Source: Candidatus Marinacidobacterales bacterium (GTDB lineage Bacteria > Acidobacteriota > Vicinamibacteria > Marinacidobacterales > SMYC01). Taken from it: a stretch of 64,000 nucleotides of DNA. This document shows positions 9,724 to 17,836 of the stretch, piece after piece (the first letter of the stretch is position 1; each line of letters starts with the position of its first letter). Made by a program: the position numbers and the translations under genes. A model generated the notes under the pieces. The model was not told where the DNA came from. It was given only the letters and a program-made list of their open reading frames with translations, and made no database searches. The DNA is taken from positions 5,319,728 to 5,383,727 of the forward strand of contig OZ253507.1 in assembly GCA_965262245.1 (NCBI GenBank), read 5' to 3'.

Positions 9724-10380
9724 ATGTTCCAGCGCGATTACATACTCAGGCTCGTCGAGCAGCTCGCCAAAACCTTGGGCGCCGTCCTCACGCTCCGAAA
9801 AGCCAAGCGCTACAACGAGGCCGAAGAGGCCATCACCGACGCCGCCAAGAACCTCGTGGGGCTCGACGTCCGCACGTTGCACGCGCTACCGCTCGACCAG
9901 ATCGTCGCGCTCTTCAGCCCGGGCGGAGTCCTAGATCCAGGGAAGAGTCTCGTCGTCGCCGAGCTTCTCTACGAACATGGCGAGCTCAAAACGCTCGAGG
10001 GGGAGGACGGTGTCGCCTACCAATCGAGGGTGCGCGCGCTCGGGCTCTATCTCGAAGTCTCTGGGCGTGAAAGCCTCGAGCGCATTCCCGACGCGGACCG
10101 CTATCTCGAGAAGATCGAGACGTTGCTCGGCGAGCTGGCCCCCTACGGGCCCGCGTCGGAGATCCAAAAACGGCTCATCTGGCACTATGAGCGCGAAGGC
10201 GCCTACGCGGATGCCGAGGACACGTTGTTCGAGCTCATCGACGCGGGACACGCCGAGCTCGTCCCCGAGGGGATCGAGCTCTACGAGCGGTTGCTCGCGA
10301 AGCCCGACGATGCACTCGACCGCGGCAAGCTGCCCCGCGAAGAAGTGGAGGAGGGGCTGGCTCAGTTGAGAGCACGGTAG
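9724..10380 (+). CDS. Hypothetical helical-repeat protein
   Basis: A clean 218-aa ORF with host-like codon usage. No motif was recognised. Confidence 0.5.
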   Translation: MFQRDYILRLVEQLAKTLGAVLTLRKAKRYNEAEEAITDAAKNLVGLDVRTLHALPLDQIVALFSPGGVLDPGKSLVVAELLYEHGELKTLEGEDGVAYQSRVRALGLYLEVSGRESLERIPDADRYLEKIETLLGELAPYGPASEIQKRLIWHYEREGAYADAEDTLFELIDAGHAELVPEGIELYERLLAKPDDALDRGKLPREEVEEGLAQLRAR

Positions 10381-10441
10381 CGGCGAAAAAACCAAAGCAC
10401 GACCGGATCGAGGAGCAACGCACCCGACCGGGGAGTGGACC

Positions 10442-10740
10442 TTGCCGCAGTTCCGAGAAGCGATACCCTGCGAGCACGATTACCGCTTCGTGATCGTCGA
10501 CCGAGATACCAAGTTCCCCGAAGATTTACAGAAGTCCGTGCGAGCGATGGGCGTCAGGGTGTTGAGGACGCCCCCATTCGCGCCGCAAGCGAATTCTTAT
10601 TGCGAGAAACTGATCGGCAGCACCCACCGAGAGTATTTGGACTTCCTCATCCCGCTCTCGGAAAATTACCTTCGTCGAGTTTTGGCCGATTGGCGTGACT
10701 ACTACAATCAAGCGAGGACGCATTCCGCATTCATCATTCA
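10442..10740 (+). pseudogene. C-terminal fragment of an rve-type (integrase core) transposase
   Basis: DRDTKFPEDL..TPPFAPQANSYCEKLIGSTHREYLDFLIPLSENYLRRVLADWRDYYNQARTHS matches the DDE-integrase C-terminus. No N-terminal part is present. Confidence 0.65.
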
Positions 10741-10748
10741 TCATTCAT
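10728..10748 (+). repeat. Three tandem copies of the heptamer CATTCAT inside the transposase fragment
   Basis: cattcatcattcatcattcat is read directly. It lies within the conserved RTHS..SLG motif and expands it in frame. Confidence 0.8.
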
Positions 10749-11051
10749 CACTGGGACCCAATGTCCCTGCGCCGGCGAGCGATCTTCCCGTCGATCTTGC
10801 TTCGCCGAGGCACTCTATTCCAACTGGATTCCGCATCGTTTCCTTGCCGATTCTCGGCGCGCTCCATCACGATTATCGGTTGGCACGCGCTGCCTGACCG
10901 AGCGAAGACCTCAGACGCAAGGGCTTTCACCGTCGTTGGAGGCGTCTGCTCTCGCGCTCGCTTTCCACGGTCTCAACGCCGTGCAAGCTTCGCGAACTCG
11001 ACACGTGCGTGCTGACGGATTTCGTCGGAGCGGCCCCATCAGCGAACTCCG

Positions 11052-11426
11052 TTGCCGGTTCGACCGGCCGACTTTGTTTTTTTGCGGACCACACCCCTAT
11101 CGGCTGCGTCAACTGCGCCGCAAGCCGCTCTGCCACCACATCCAGGCATTAGCCGAAAAACTGCTTCGGCTTGGTTTCACTACGCCGGTCTCATTTGGGA
11201 ACGCCGCGCAAAGTGCCAGTATGAGAAAGGGATACCAGGCTGCGGGGAGCTCGCCTACGAAGGACTCCGTAGGGCCATGGAGCACTACGAGAGAGCGCAA
11301 GCGCTGAGCCCCGAGGACAACGACGACGCGGTGCTGCGCTGGAACACGTGCGTCCGCATCATCGACGACCATCCCGACATCGTTCCCTCGCCTGCCTCGC
11401 AAAGCGAGCCGGTCGAGCTCGAGTAA
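11052..11426 (+). CDS. Hypothetical protein (boundaries uncertain, possibly a fragment)
   Basis: Only the C-terminal ~90 codons (WFHYAGLIWERRAKCQYEKG..RIIDDHPDIV) look coding. No convincing start was found. Confidence 0.25.
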   Translation: MPVRPADFVFLRTTPLSAASTAPQAALPPHPGISRKTASAWFHYAGLIWERRAKCQYEKGIPGCGELAYEGLRRAMEHYERAQALSPEDNDDAVLRWNTCVRIIDDHPDIVPSPASQSEPVELE

Positions 11427-11493
11427 CCGCGCCGCGGCCGACGGCTAGGAAGCGCCACAGGCTTCGGGTCGCGACCAAGAAGGTCACGAGCCA

Positions 11494-12134
11494 TCATTTC
11501 GCCCAGAGAAAACCGTCCTTGTTCCAACCCTCGAGGTCCACGTAGCACCCGCTTCCTTCGCCAAATCCTCCCACCGCGGCGTAGTTGGAATGTCCCGCGG
11601 CGCAAACGGGATAATCGGCAAACGTGTAGCCGGACCGGTTGGCCGGGCACTCGAAAGCCAGATTCTTGTCATTGTCCATGGACCAGTTGAAGCTGTTCGT
11701 CTTGGCGGAGGTCCAAGTGTTTTCGGCGTTCTTCACAAACGATCTCTTCGCGACGCCGCATTCGTAGCGCCAGTAACCCACCGTGTTCAGCAAATTGATC
11801 ACCGCATCGCTCAACTTCGCCGCGGCGCTAACGTCGGAAACGTCTCCAACGGCGGCCGGCTGGTCCGCGTGAAAGATCGACCCGTTTTTGATGTTGATCA
11901 CCCTAGTCCAGCCGCCCGCGTCATTGGTCATATCGCAGAAGACCGAAATAAGCCCGAGCGGACCGGCCGCACCGTCGGGATCAATCTGATAAACCCCGTC
12001 GGGAGTAGTGGGTTTCGAGACCAGGAGAGCCGCGCAACTGATGGGAGTCGACGGTGTGGCCGTCCCTTTGGGGGCATCGCTCGAGGGCGTGACCGTGACG
12101 CGCCTCACGGTGGCGCAGTTGCCCGTTTTCCCTT
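11494..12134 (-). pseudogene. C-terminal part (about 210 codons) of a fibrinogen-related-domain (FReD-like) protein split by the IS1595-family transposon
   Basis: ISCAALLVSKPTTPDGVYQIDPDG..ISVFCDMTNDAGGWTRV resembles the FReD signature C..L....G.Y.I.P...VYCDM..DGGGWTV. The upstream end runs into IR-L. Confidence 0.6.
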
Positions 12135-12158
12135 GGGGATTATATACAATAGTAGCGA
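12135..12158. repeat. IR-L of the IS1595-family transposon
   Basis: It is an exact reverse complement of 15862-15885. Confidence 0.95.
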
Positions 12159-12168
12159 GATCCGGCAC

Positions 12169-12363
12169 TCAGCGCCGGCCCCTCGGCTTGTCAACCCACC
12201 GGATGTTGACGGGCCGAAGGAGTGCTCGAGCGAGCTGCTCTAGCGTTGTGCCCTTGGGAACGTCTGGGAGAATCGCTTCCGTCCCTTCAAGCTCGGCTCG
12301 CGTCGGCTGGTAGGTCGAGCGGACTAGCTCCACTGTTTTTGGCTTGGTTTTTTTGCTGCTCAT
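12169..12363 (-). CDS. Small basic hypothetical protein (64 aa) inside the transposon
   Basis: The ORF reads MSSKKTKPKTVELVRSTYQPTRAELEGTEAILPDVPKGTTLEQLARALLRPVNIRWVDKPRGRR. It is co-directional with the RM gene and lies between it and IR-L. By eye it is GC-rich, unlike the RM gene. Confidence 0.45.
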   Translation of the reverse strand: MSSKKTKPKTVELVRSTYQPTRAELEGTEAILPDVPKGTTLEQLARALLRPVNIRWVDKPRGRR

Positions 12364-12389
12364 TTGTTTATCAGACCCCCTGCTCTTCT

Positions 12390-14852
12390 CTATTTTCCTC
12401 CTTCAACCACTTCTAACTGTTCTTCATAAGACGGAAGAGACAATCTGGCGTGTTTGAGGAATCCACTCTTATTCCACGTTGCGTTATCTGAGTTAGACGC
12501 ATACTCTCGGAACATTCCCTCTTGAGTTTTGGCAACCCATTTCAGAGAAACTTGGTAGCCGTTGTCCTTCTTCCTAGTCAGGACATACGCATCGTCTGTC
12601 ATGGCATAATTTCCGTCCGGGAGATGATTGATACAGCCTGCTTTTCCCTTTCTCACAATGTGAATGCCTTCGTCTGAAATAACTTTGATCTTACGGTCGG
12701 CATTTTTAGGATCTTGGCAACGGTGGATACAAGTTGTGTTGCCGAGGTCTACGCTTCCTGTAAGCAGACGGTATCTTTTCTCTCCCTTGTGGAAGAGCAG
12801 CGAGTACAAATACTCCTCCGTCAGCCCGGAATTGCCTCCAGAAATCTCAAACAATTTTGATACCGGGAGATCCTTTACCTGGTATTCCTTGTAGTCGTAT
12901 AGCTTGGAATCTCTGTGGAGGTTCCAAGCTCGCAAATAGTACTCTGGGAGTAAAGTCAGGTATTTGTCAGAAAGAACCTTATCGATTGGTAGGTGGCACC
13001 CCTTCCTCATCTTCACCCTAGATCCCTTTTCATCTATCCATTCTGTCCCGCCGGATTCAGAGTCATCAAACTTGAGCCATCTTTCTTCTAGAATTCCAGG
13101 CATTTCCTCGCCGTCGGTGGTAACCCAACCAGAGATCTCGTCGTGAAGCCATCCATTGCGGTTGTTTCTGAGCTTGGTTGGAAAACGCTTATCGGAATTT
13201 GCTAGTCCATCATTGTCAATGATGTACATCCACACAGTGTTCTTCTGTGTGCGGGCAGGATTATCGCTACGCTTAGTCAAGAAGAGAGCGTATGTCTTCT
13301 CTTTCGTATAGGGGGCGAAAGCAAACTTCGGTAAAGAAATGACAGCAGTTATGTTGCACGTTTCGAGTAGTTCCTTTCGGAACGCCGCAAACGACGGGTT
13401 TTCAAGCACTCCGTCCGGCTGTATCACGCACGCTTGCCCTCCAACCTTAAGCAACTTACGAATCCTACAAAGAAAAGCGATCTCAGTTCTTATGGTAGAC
13501 ACCGCTGAGGTGTCCGCACGTATCGTGCCTGTTCCATACGGAGGATTGGTGATGACGTAATCAAATGTATTGATCGGGAACGGATGCTTCTTCGCGTGCA
13601 GAGAATTCGCGTCTTTCATGTTGGTGTGCCCGTCGCCAACAAGAAACATGTTCAGCCGTGTTCGTGAGATATTATCTTCTCTTACGTCAACACCATAAAA
13701 ACAACGGTGCTCCAGGAATGCGCGAGCCTCATTTTCATTGGCTTTGTTTCTATCGTAGTAATTCTTCAGAACCTTGTAGCCTTCAGTGAGAAAGCCCCCA
13801 GTCCCACACGCGGGGTCCAAGACCGTGAATTCCCTGTTGGGATTCCAGAACTGCTCCTTCAGAAGAAGCAGCTTGGCAAAAAGGTGAGCATAATGCCTAC
13901 GTGTGAAGTACTCTCCGAACTCCTTCTTTTCCTTGGAGGATGCAAACATTTCATAGACGGACCCGAAGAGGTCAAACCCGGCTCCATGAAGTGGCCTCAT
14001 TGAATTGGTGATTGCGTAAATGCGTCGAACGTCCTCTTTGGGAACTAGGGGATTCAGGCTTCCGATAATTGCACTTCTCAGAGTGTCAATGAGATTCTTG
14101 AACTCCTTAAAGTCTGTTTCTTCTGACAGTCGGCGCACATACGCTTCTATGTTTGCAACAAGCTTCTCGTCACTCTCATCTTCGCATTCTGACCAGTAGA
14201 TCTTACGTTTGTCCTTTCGGCTTTCCAAGATGGCTTTTTCTTCGTAAAACTCCAGCGATATGAAGCCGATAGTGAAATCTATCTTCTGCTGATTGTTTTT
14301 GAAATTGATTCCCCTGTATACGGCAGCTAATTCCCACAGTTTTTTGTTGAAGATCGCTTCGGATACCGTAGATATCGAATCCACATTGGTGTAGATGTTC
14401 GTAAGCTGCGGACTCTTCGTAAGGCGATGCTTGATCAACCTCAGAATGTCGATAGTCTGAAACTCACGAATCGGGTTCTTATTAAGTTTTATTTCCTTCA
14501 GCGTCTTGGCGTTATAGAACACAGACATCTTGCAGTTCGTGACGATAAAATATGGAAGCTTCAGCTTCGGTGCTTTCTGTTTTCCCTGCTTGAGCGCATC
14601 CTTCCAGTCTCTATCGTCAAACGAACAATCATCTTTGACTTCTGCGTAAGCAACTAGGTTTTCGATGAACTGTCCGTCATTGGAACCGTCGAATTCGAAT
14701 TCTGATATCAGGAGGTCTGGACGCGTCGATCCTGTATAATTATAAAATGTTGCATCATTAACGATCTGGCGAAAGGGAATGCTCAACTGTCCGACAAGAA
14801 CCTCATGTATCAGCCTAGAGACAGTTAGAGCTTCGTGCTTGCGTGACCTCAC
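12390..14852 (-). CDS. Fused restriction endonuclease / N6-adenine DNA methyltransferase / specificity polypeptide (Type IIG-like RM enzyme)
   Basis: The N-terminus has a PD-(D/E)XK motif (RPDLLISEFEF ... AYAEVKD). MTase motif I is VLDPACGTGGFL and motif IV is NPPYG (gamma order). The C-terminal ~250 aa resembles an HsdS-like TRD. The gene is visibly AT-richer than its flanks. Confidence 0.8.
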   Translation of the reverse strand: MRSRKHEALTVSRLIHEVLVGQLSIPFRQIVNDATFYNYTGSTRPDLLISEFEFDGSNDGQFIENLVAYAEVKDDCSFDDRDWKDALKQGKQKAPKLKLPYFIVTNCKMSVFYNAKTLKEIKLNKNPIREFQTIDILRLIKHRLTKSPQLTNIYTNVDSISTVSEAIFNKKLWELAAVYRGINFKNNQQKIDFTIGFISLEFYEEKAILESRKDKRKIYWSECEDESDEKLVANIEAYVRRLSEETDFKEFKNLIDTLRSAIIGSLNPLVPKEDVRRIYAITNSMRPLHGAGFDLFGSVYEMFASSKEKKEFGEYFTRRHYAHLFAKLLLLKEQFWNPNREFTVLDPACGTGGFLTEGYKVLKNYYDRNKANENEARAFLEHRCFYGVDVREDNISRTRLNMFLVGDGHTNMKDANSLHAKKHPFPINTFDYVITNPPYGTGTIRADTSAVSTIRTEIAFLCRIRKLLKVGGQACVIQPDGVLENPSFAAFRKELLETCNITAVISLPKFAFAPYTKEKTYALFLTKRSDNPARTQKNTVWMYIIDNDGLANSDKRFPTKLRNNRNGWLHDEISGWVTTDGEEMPGILEERWLKFDDSESGGTEWIDEKGSRVKMRKGCHLPIDKVLSDKYLTLLPEYYLRAWNLHRDSKLYDYKEYQVKDLPVSKLFEISGGNSGLTEEYLYSLLFHKGEKRYRLLTGSVDLGNTTCIHRCQDPKNADRKIKVISDEGIHIVRKGKAGCINHLPDGNYAMTDDAYVLTRKKDNGYQVSLKWVAKTQEGMFREYASNSDNATWNKSGFLKHARLSLPSYEEQLEVVEGGK

Positions 14853-15820
14853 CCCACGAGATCCTTGTAGCGAAGCTGCGCGCCTTCCATTTGGCTTGCG
14901 ACCGCCACCATTTGGTCGAGCGTATCGAGCTCTCGGATATTGTGGCGGGCGACAAACTCATCGACATATCTCTGTAAGTGCTTCGCGCTCATCTTGTGGA
15001 ACGTGCCTTTGTGCGCCCGCTTCAACATGCTCCAAAAGCTCTCGATCCCGTTCGTGTGCGCCATGCCGTTGACGTACTCCTTCACGGAGTGGCGGACGGT
15101 CTCGTGGTTCGGCAGCCCGACGTAGCCTCCGTGGTCGTCAGTATACACCTTCGCGCCAGGCTCGACGTTCTCGGCGACGAAGCCGTGTAGGGTGAGCTGG
15201 CCGGTGTCCTTGATGACCCTCGCGCTCACGCGGTTCGTCTTGCGGTCCTTCGCGCCGATTACCGCCGTCTTACCGACTGGGCCGCGCCCGGCGTTCAGCT
15301 TCTTGCAAGCGTGTTTGTTCCGCTCTTTGCCGCCGAAAAAAGTCTCGTCGATTTCGACCGGGCCACCGAACGGACCATCATCAGTGTCGAACGCCTTGCG
15401 GATGCGGTGAGCCATGAACCATGCAGATTTCTGAGTTATCGCGAGTTCGCGGTGCAACTTCATGCTCGCAACGCTTTTCAGGTTGGTCACAACTAAGTAG
15501 AGCGCAAAGAGCCAGTCCTGATAGCCGATGTTGGCCGAGTCCATGAACGTCTCGGTTTTCGCGCTGAAGTACTTACCGCAGCTACCACGCTTTACACTTT
15601 TTCGGCACCGAAACGGCATAGTCGGATGCTTGGCATCGACTTGCACGTTCTCAGAGCCGCAGCGTGGGCAGCTGATACCGTCCGGCCACCGCTGAGCGAT
15701 GAACCAGCGTTCGGCGGTTTCATCGTCGGGGAACATCCGGTAAAACTGTTTGGCCGTTATGCCTTTGCGGTGCGCTTTTCCTGGTGCGTTGCAAGCCATT
15801 GCGTTATCTCCTATGTACAA
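14849..15820 (-). CDS. IS1595-family transposase (N-terminal zinc ribbon plus ISXO2-like DDE domain)
   Basis: Motifs are CPRCGS..FRCR..CGKYFS, then DETFFGG, VYTDDHGGY and NGIESFWSMLKR. Its stop overlaps the RM gene's GTG start (GTGA at 14849-14852). Confidence 0.85.
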   Translation of the reverse strand: MYIGDNAMACNAPGKAHRKGITAKQFYRMFPDDETAERWFIAQRWPDGISCPRCGSENVQVDAKHPTMPFRCRKSVKRGSCGKYFSAKTETFMDSANIGYQDWLFALYLVVTNLKSVASMKLHRELAITQKSAWFMAHRIRKAFDTDDGPFGGPVEIDETFFGGKERNKHACKKLNAGRGPVGKTAVIGAKDRKTNRVSARVIKDTGQLTLHGFVAENVEPGAKVYTDDHGGYVGLPNHETVRHSVKEYVNGMAHTNGIESFWSMLKRAHKGTFHKMSAKHLQRYVDEFVARHNIRELDTLDQMVAVASQMEGAQLRYKDLVG

Positions 15821-15861
15821 CGCAATCTTACCAAATAGTAGCGTCTATGTCAACCTGTTTT

Positions 15862-15885
15862 TCGCTACTATTGTATATAATCCCC
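15862..15885. repeat. IR-R of the IS1595-family transposon
   Basis: It is an exact reverse complement of 12135-12158. Confidence 0.95.
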
Positions 15886-16182
15886 TTTCCCTTCGTAGAT
15901 GAAGTTCGCACGGACCACTTTCTTGGTGCGCTCGGTGATGTCCCTATAGACGTGCTGGACGACGCCGGTGTGTTTCGTCAGACCGTCGGAGCTCGCTTCG
16001 CCGGAGCCGAGGCTCATGGTCTCGTACTCCATGGGTTCGCCCTCCTCATCCCAGAAGATCTGGAGCCTCTGCGTTCCGCCAGGGACGCCGACGTAGCTGT
16101 AGAAAAGCCCAACGGCGTTCCCATTCACGTAGCCCGACTTCAGTCCCTCAATATTGACGTTCCGCTCCATCCGCAACACCAT
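15886..16182 (-). pseudogene. N-terminal part (99 codons) of the gene split by the IS1595-family transposon
   Basis: The ORF ..VVRANFIYEGK runs into IR-R. It joins in frame to 12126-11494 once the element and one TSD copy are removed. Confidence 0.6.
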
Positions 16183-16279
16183 CCCCGACCACCCCGGCGC
16201 AACTATGCATAACGATCAACCAACTTATGATATACTCTAACATCAGTTATAGATATTTATTTAATGGGATTAAGTATAT

Positions 16280-16495
16280 ATGTCTAGCAGAAAAACCAGC
16301 GTAGTGATAGATGAAGATCTTCTGGCTGACGTGCAGACCGTGCTAGAGACCAAGACGGTAAAGGACACGATCGAGCACGCATTCCTGGAGATCCTTCGGG
16401 CCAAGGCGAGGGAGGAAGAGGTGAAAGCGTTGTCGACCTTGAGCGGGATGGACCTCGATGACGACGACGTCATGGCCGGGGCCTGGCGGAAGTGA
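16280..16495 (+). CDS. vapB: VapB-type antitoxin
   Basis: A 71-aa ORF (MSSRKTSVVIDEDLLADVQTVLETKTVKDTIEHAFLEIL) that overlaps the downstream PIN gene by 4 nt. Confidence 0.8.
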   Translation: MSSRKTSVVIDEDLLADVQTVLETKTVKDTIEHAFLEILRAKAREEEVKALSTLSGMDLDDDDVMAGAWRK

Positions 16496-16908
16496 CGGCG
16501 CGATATCTCATCGACAAAAGCGCTCTCGCTCGGATGACTCACGAGTCGGTGAAGCAGCGGTTGGCCCCAATTATCGAGGCCGGAGAGGCAGCGACTTGCG
16601 CCTTTGTCGATCTGGAGGTGCTGTTCAGCGCGCGAAACCACGACGAGCACGTCAAGATACGACGGCGGCGGGAGTTAGCCTACGAGCGGGTCCCGTTAGC
16701 GGAGGACGTCTTCGCACGAGCTGTCGACGTTCAAGCCGAGCTCGCCCGATCCGGTCGCCACCGCGTACCCATCGCCGATCTACTCATCGCCGCCGCATCC
16801 GAGTCAGCGTCTTTGACCATCCTTCACTACGATAGTGACTTCGACACCATTGTCAGCGTGACAGGCCAATCGGCGCAGTGGGTCGTTCCGCAAGGAAGCG
16901 TCCCGTGA
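16492..16908 (+). CDS. vapC: VapC PIN-domain toxin
   Basis: A 138-aa ORF with PIN acidic residues (LIDKS.., DLEVL.., IADLLIAA.., HYDSDFD). Confidence 0.85.
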   Translation: MTARYLIDKSALARMTHESVKQRLAPIIEAGEAATCAFVDLEVLFSARNHDEHVKIRRRRELAYERVPLAEDVFARAVDVQAELARSGRHRVPIADLLIAAASESASLTILHYDSDFDTIVSVTGQSAQWVVPQGSVP

Positions 16909-16965
16909 CCAAAAAGCCAACCACGCAGATGATGAGGACCCGCATGCGTCTCGCGCCCACTCGTC

Positions 16966-17205
16966 TCACTTCTTGGTGTATTTCTTGAGCGCCCGCGACC
17001 CGACTTCAGCCCCGTAAATGTTGCCGTCGGCGTCCACCGCGACGCCTTCCGCCGCCGTCGTTCCGGGCACGTCAGTCTTCCACTCAGGGTCGGGAATGAA
17101 CGCGAAGACCATGCCGTCTTTGGCGCTTCCAATCCGAATGCCGCGTTTCCAGCCGGCATTGCTTCCGAAATTCGACTCCGAGTCCGCCGAGTACAGTAGC
17201 GCCTG
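16966..17205 (-). pseudogene. C-terminal fragment of an NHL/beta-propeller-type protein
   Basis: Hand translation gives QALLYSADSESNFGSNAGWKRGIRIGSAKDGMVFAFIPDPEWKTDVPGTTAAEGVAVDADGNIYGAEVGSRALKKYTKK-stop. It is bounded upstream by TAG and has no start. Confidence 0.35.
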
Positions 17206-17399
17206 CTAAAACGAGGCCCAACCCGAACGCCCAGGTCGATTCGTCCGGGAATGTTCTCTTCGCCTGCGCGAACGACGAGCTGTGCGCATCTCGTCGAGTC
17301 CTATGGGGGCCGGATGGACCTTTCGCACTATGTGGAGCTCAACGACGTAGAGGCTTCACACGTCGGCTCGAAGAGGATCCCTCACGCGCGAACGAGGCC

Positions 17400-17836
17400 T
17401 TGTACGTCGGGAGCGCTTCTGAGGGGCGCGAGGAGAATTGTATGAAGATGCTCGGGCTTGCGTTCTCCCACGGAGCGGATCCAACGCGCCTGCCGCTCTA
17501 CGCTTTAGAGAGAGCCGTGTCCCAAATGCCACGCCTCGCGGAGTTTCTGCTCGAGCGTGGGGTGCCCGCGGATCTAGCGGCACGACGATCCTCCACCGTT
17601 TCGCCGGCAAAGGAAAAGCCGACTTCGCTCGCTGGCTCCTGGACCGGGGCGCCGACCCGAACCGCCTCGACGGTCAGTACTTGGCGACACCGCTCGCGGC
17701 CGCAGCCCGAGCCGGACACAAGGCGATGGTCGAGCTTCTACTCGAGCGCGGCGTCGAAGGCGAGCTCGCCGACGGGCCAGTCCCGCGAGGCGCACGAAAG
17801 CTAGCTGCATCACGCTTGCATATCAAGGCTCGGTGA
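17400..17836 (+). pseudogene. Ankyrin-repeat protein with one frameshift (about 17575)
   Basis: Frame A reads ..FSHGADPTR..FLLERGVPADL. Frame B reads GTTILHRFAGKGKADFARWLLDRGADPNR..TPLAAAARAGHKAMVELLLERGV. Adding one A to ctagc repairs the frame. Confidence 0.6.

Larger units (their letters stand above)
12135..15885 (-). mobile_element. IS1595-family transposon carrying a restriction-modification passenger gene and a small ORF
   Basis: The perfect 24-bp terminal IRs read GGGGATTATATACAATAGTAGCGA (12135-12158; reverse complement at 15862-15885). The 8-bp direct repeat TTTCCCTT lies at 12127-12134 and 15886-15893. The transposase sits next to IR-R. Confidence 0.9.

Noticed and set aside
16183-16279. 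The AT-rich divergent intergenic region between the split FReD-like gene and vapB, considered as a possible mobile-element end.
   Set aside because: No repeats match any IS end in the window. Its size and composition fit ordinary divergent promoters.
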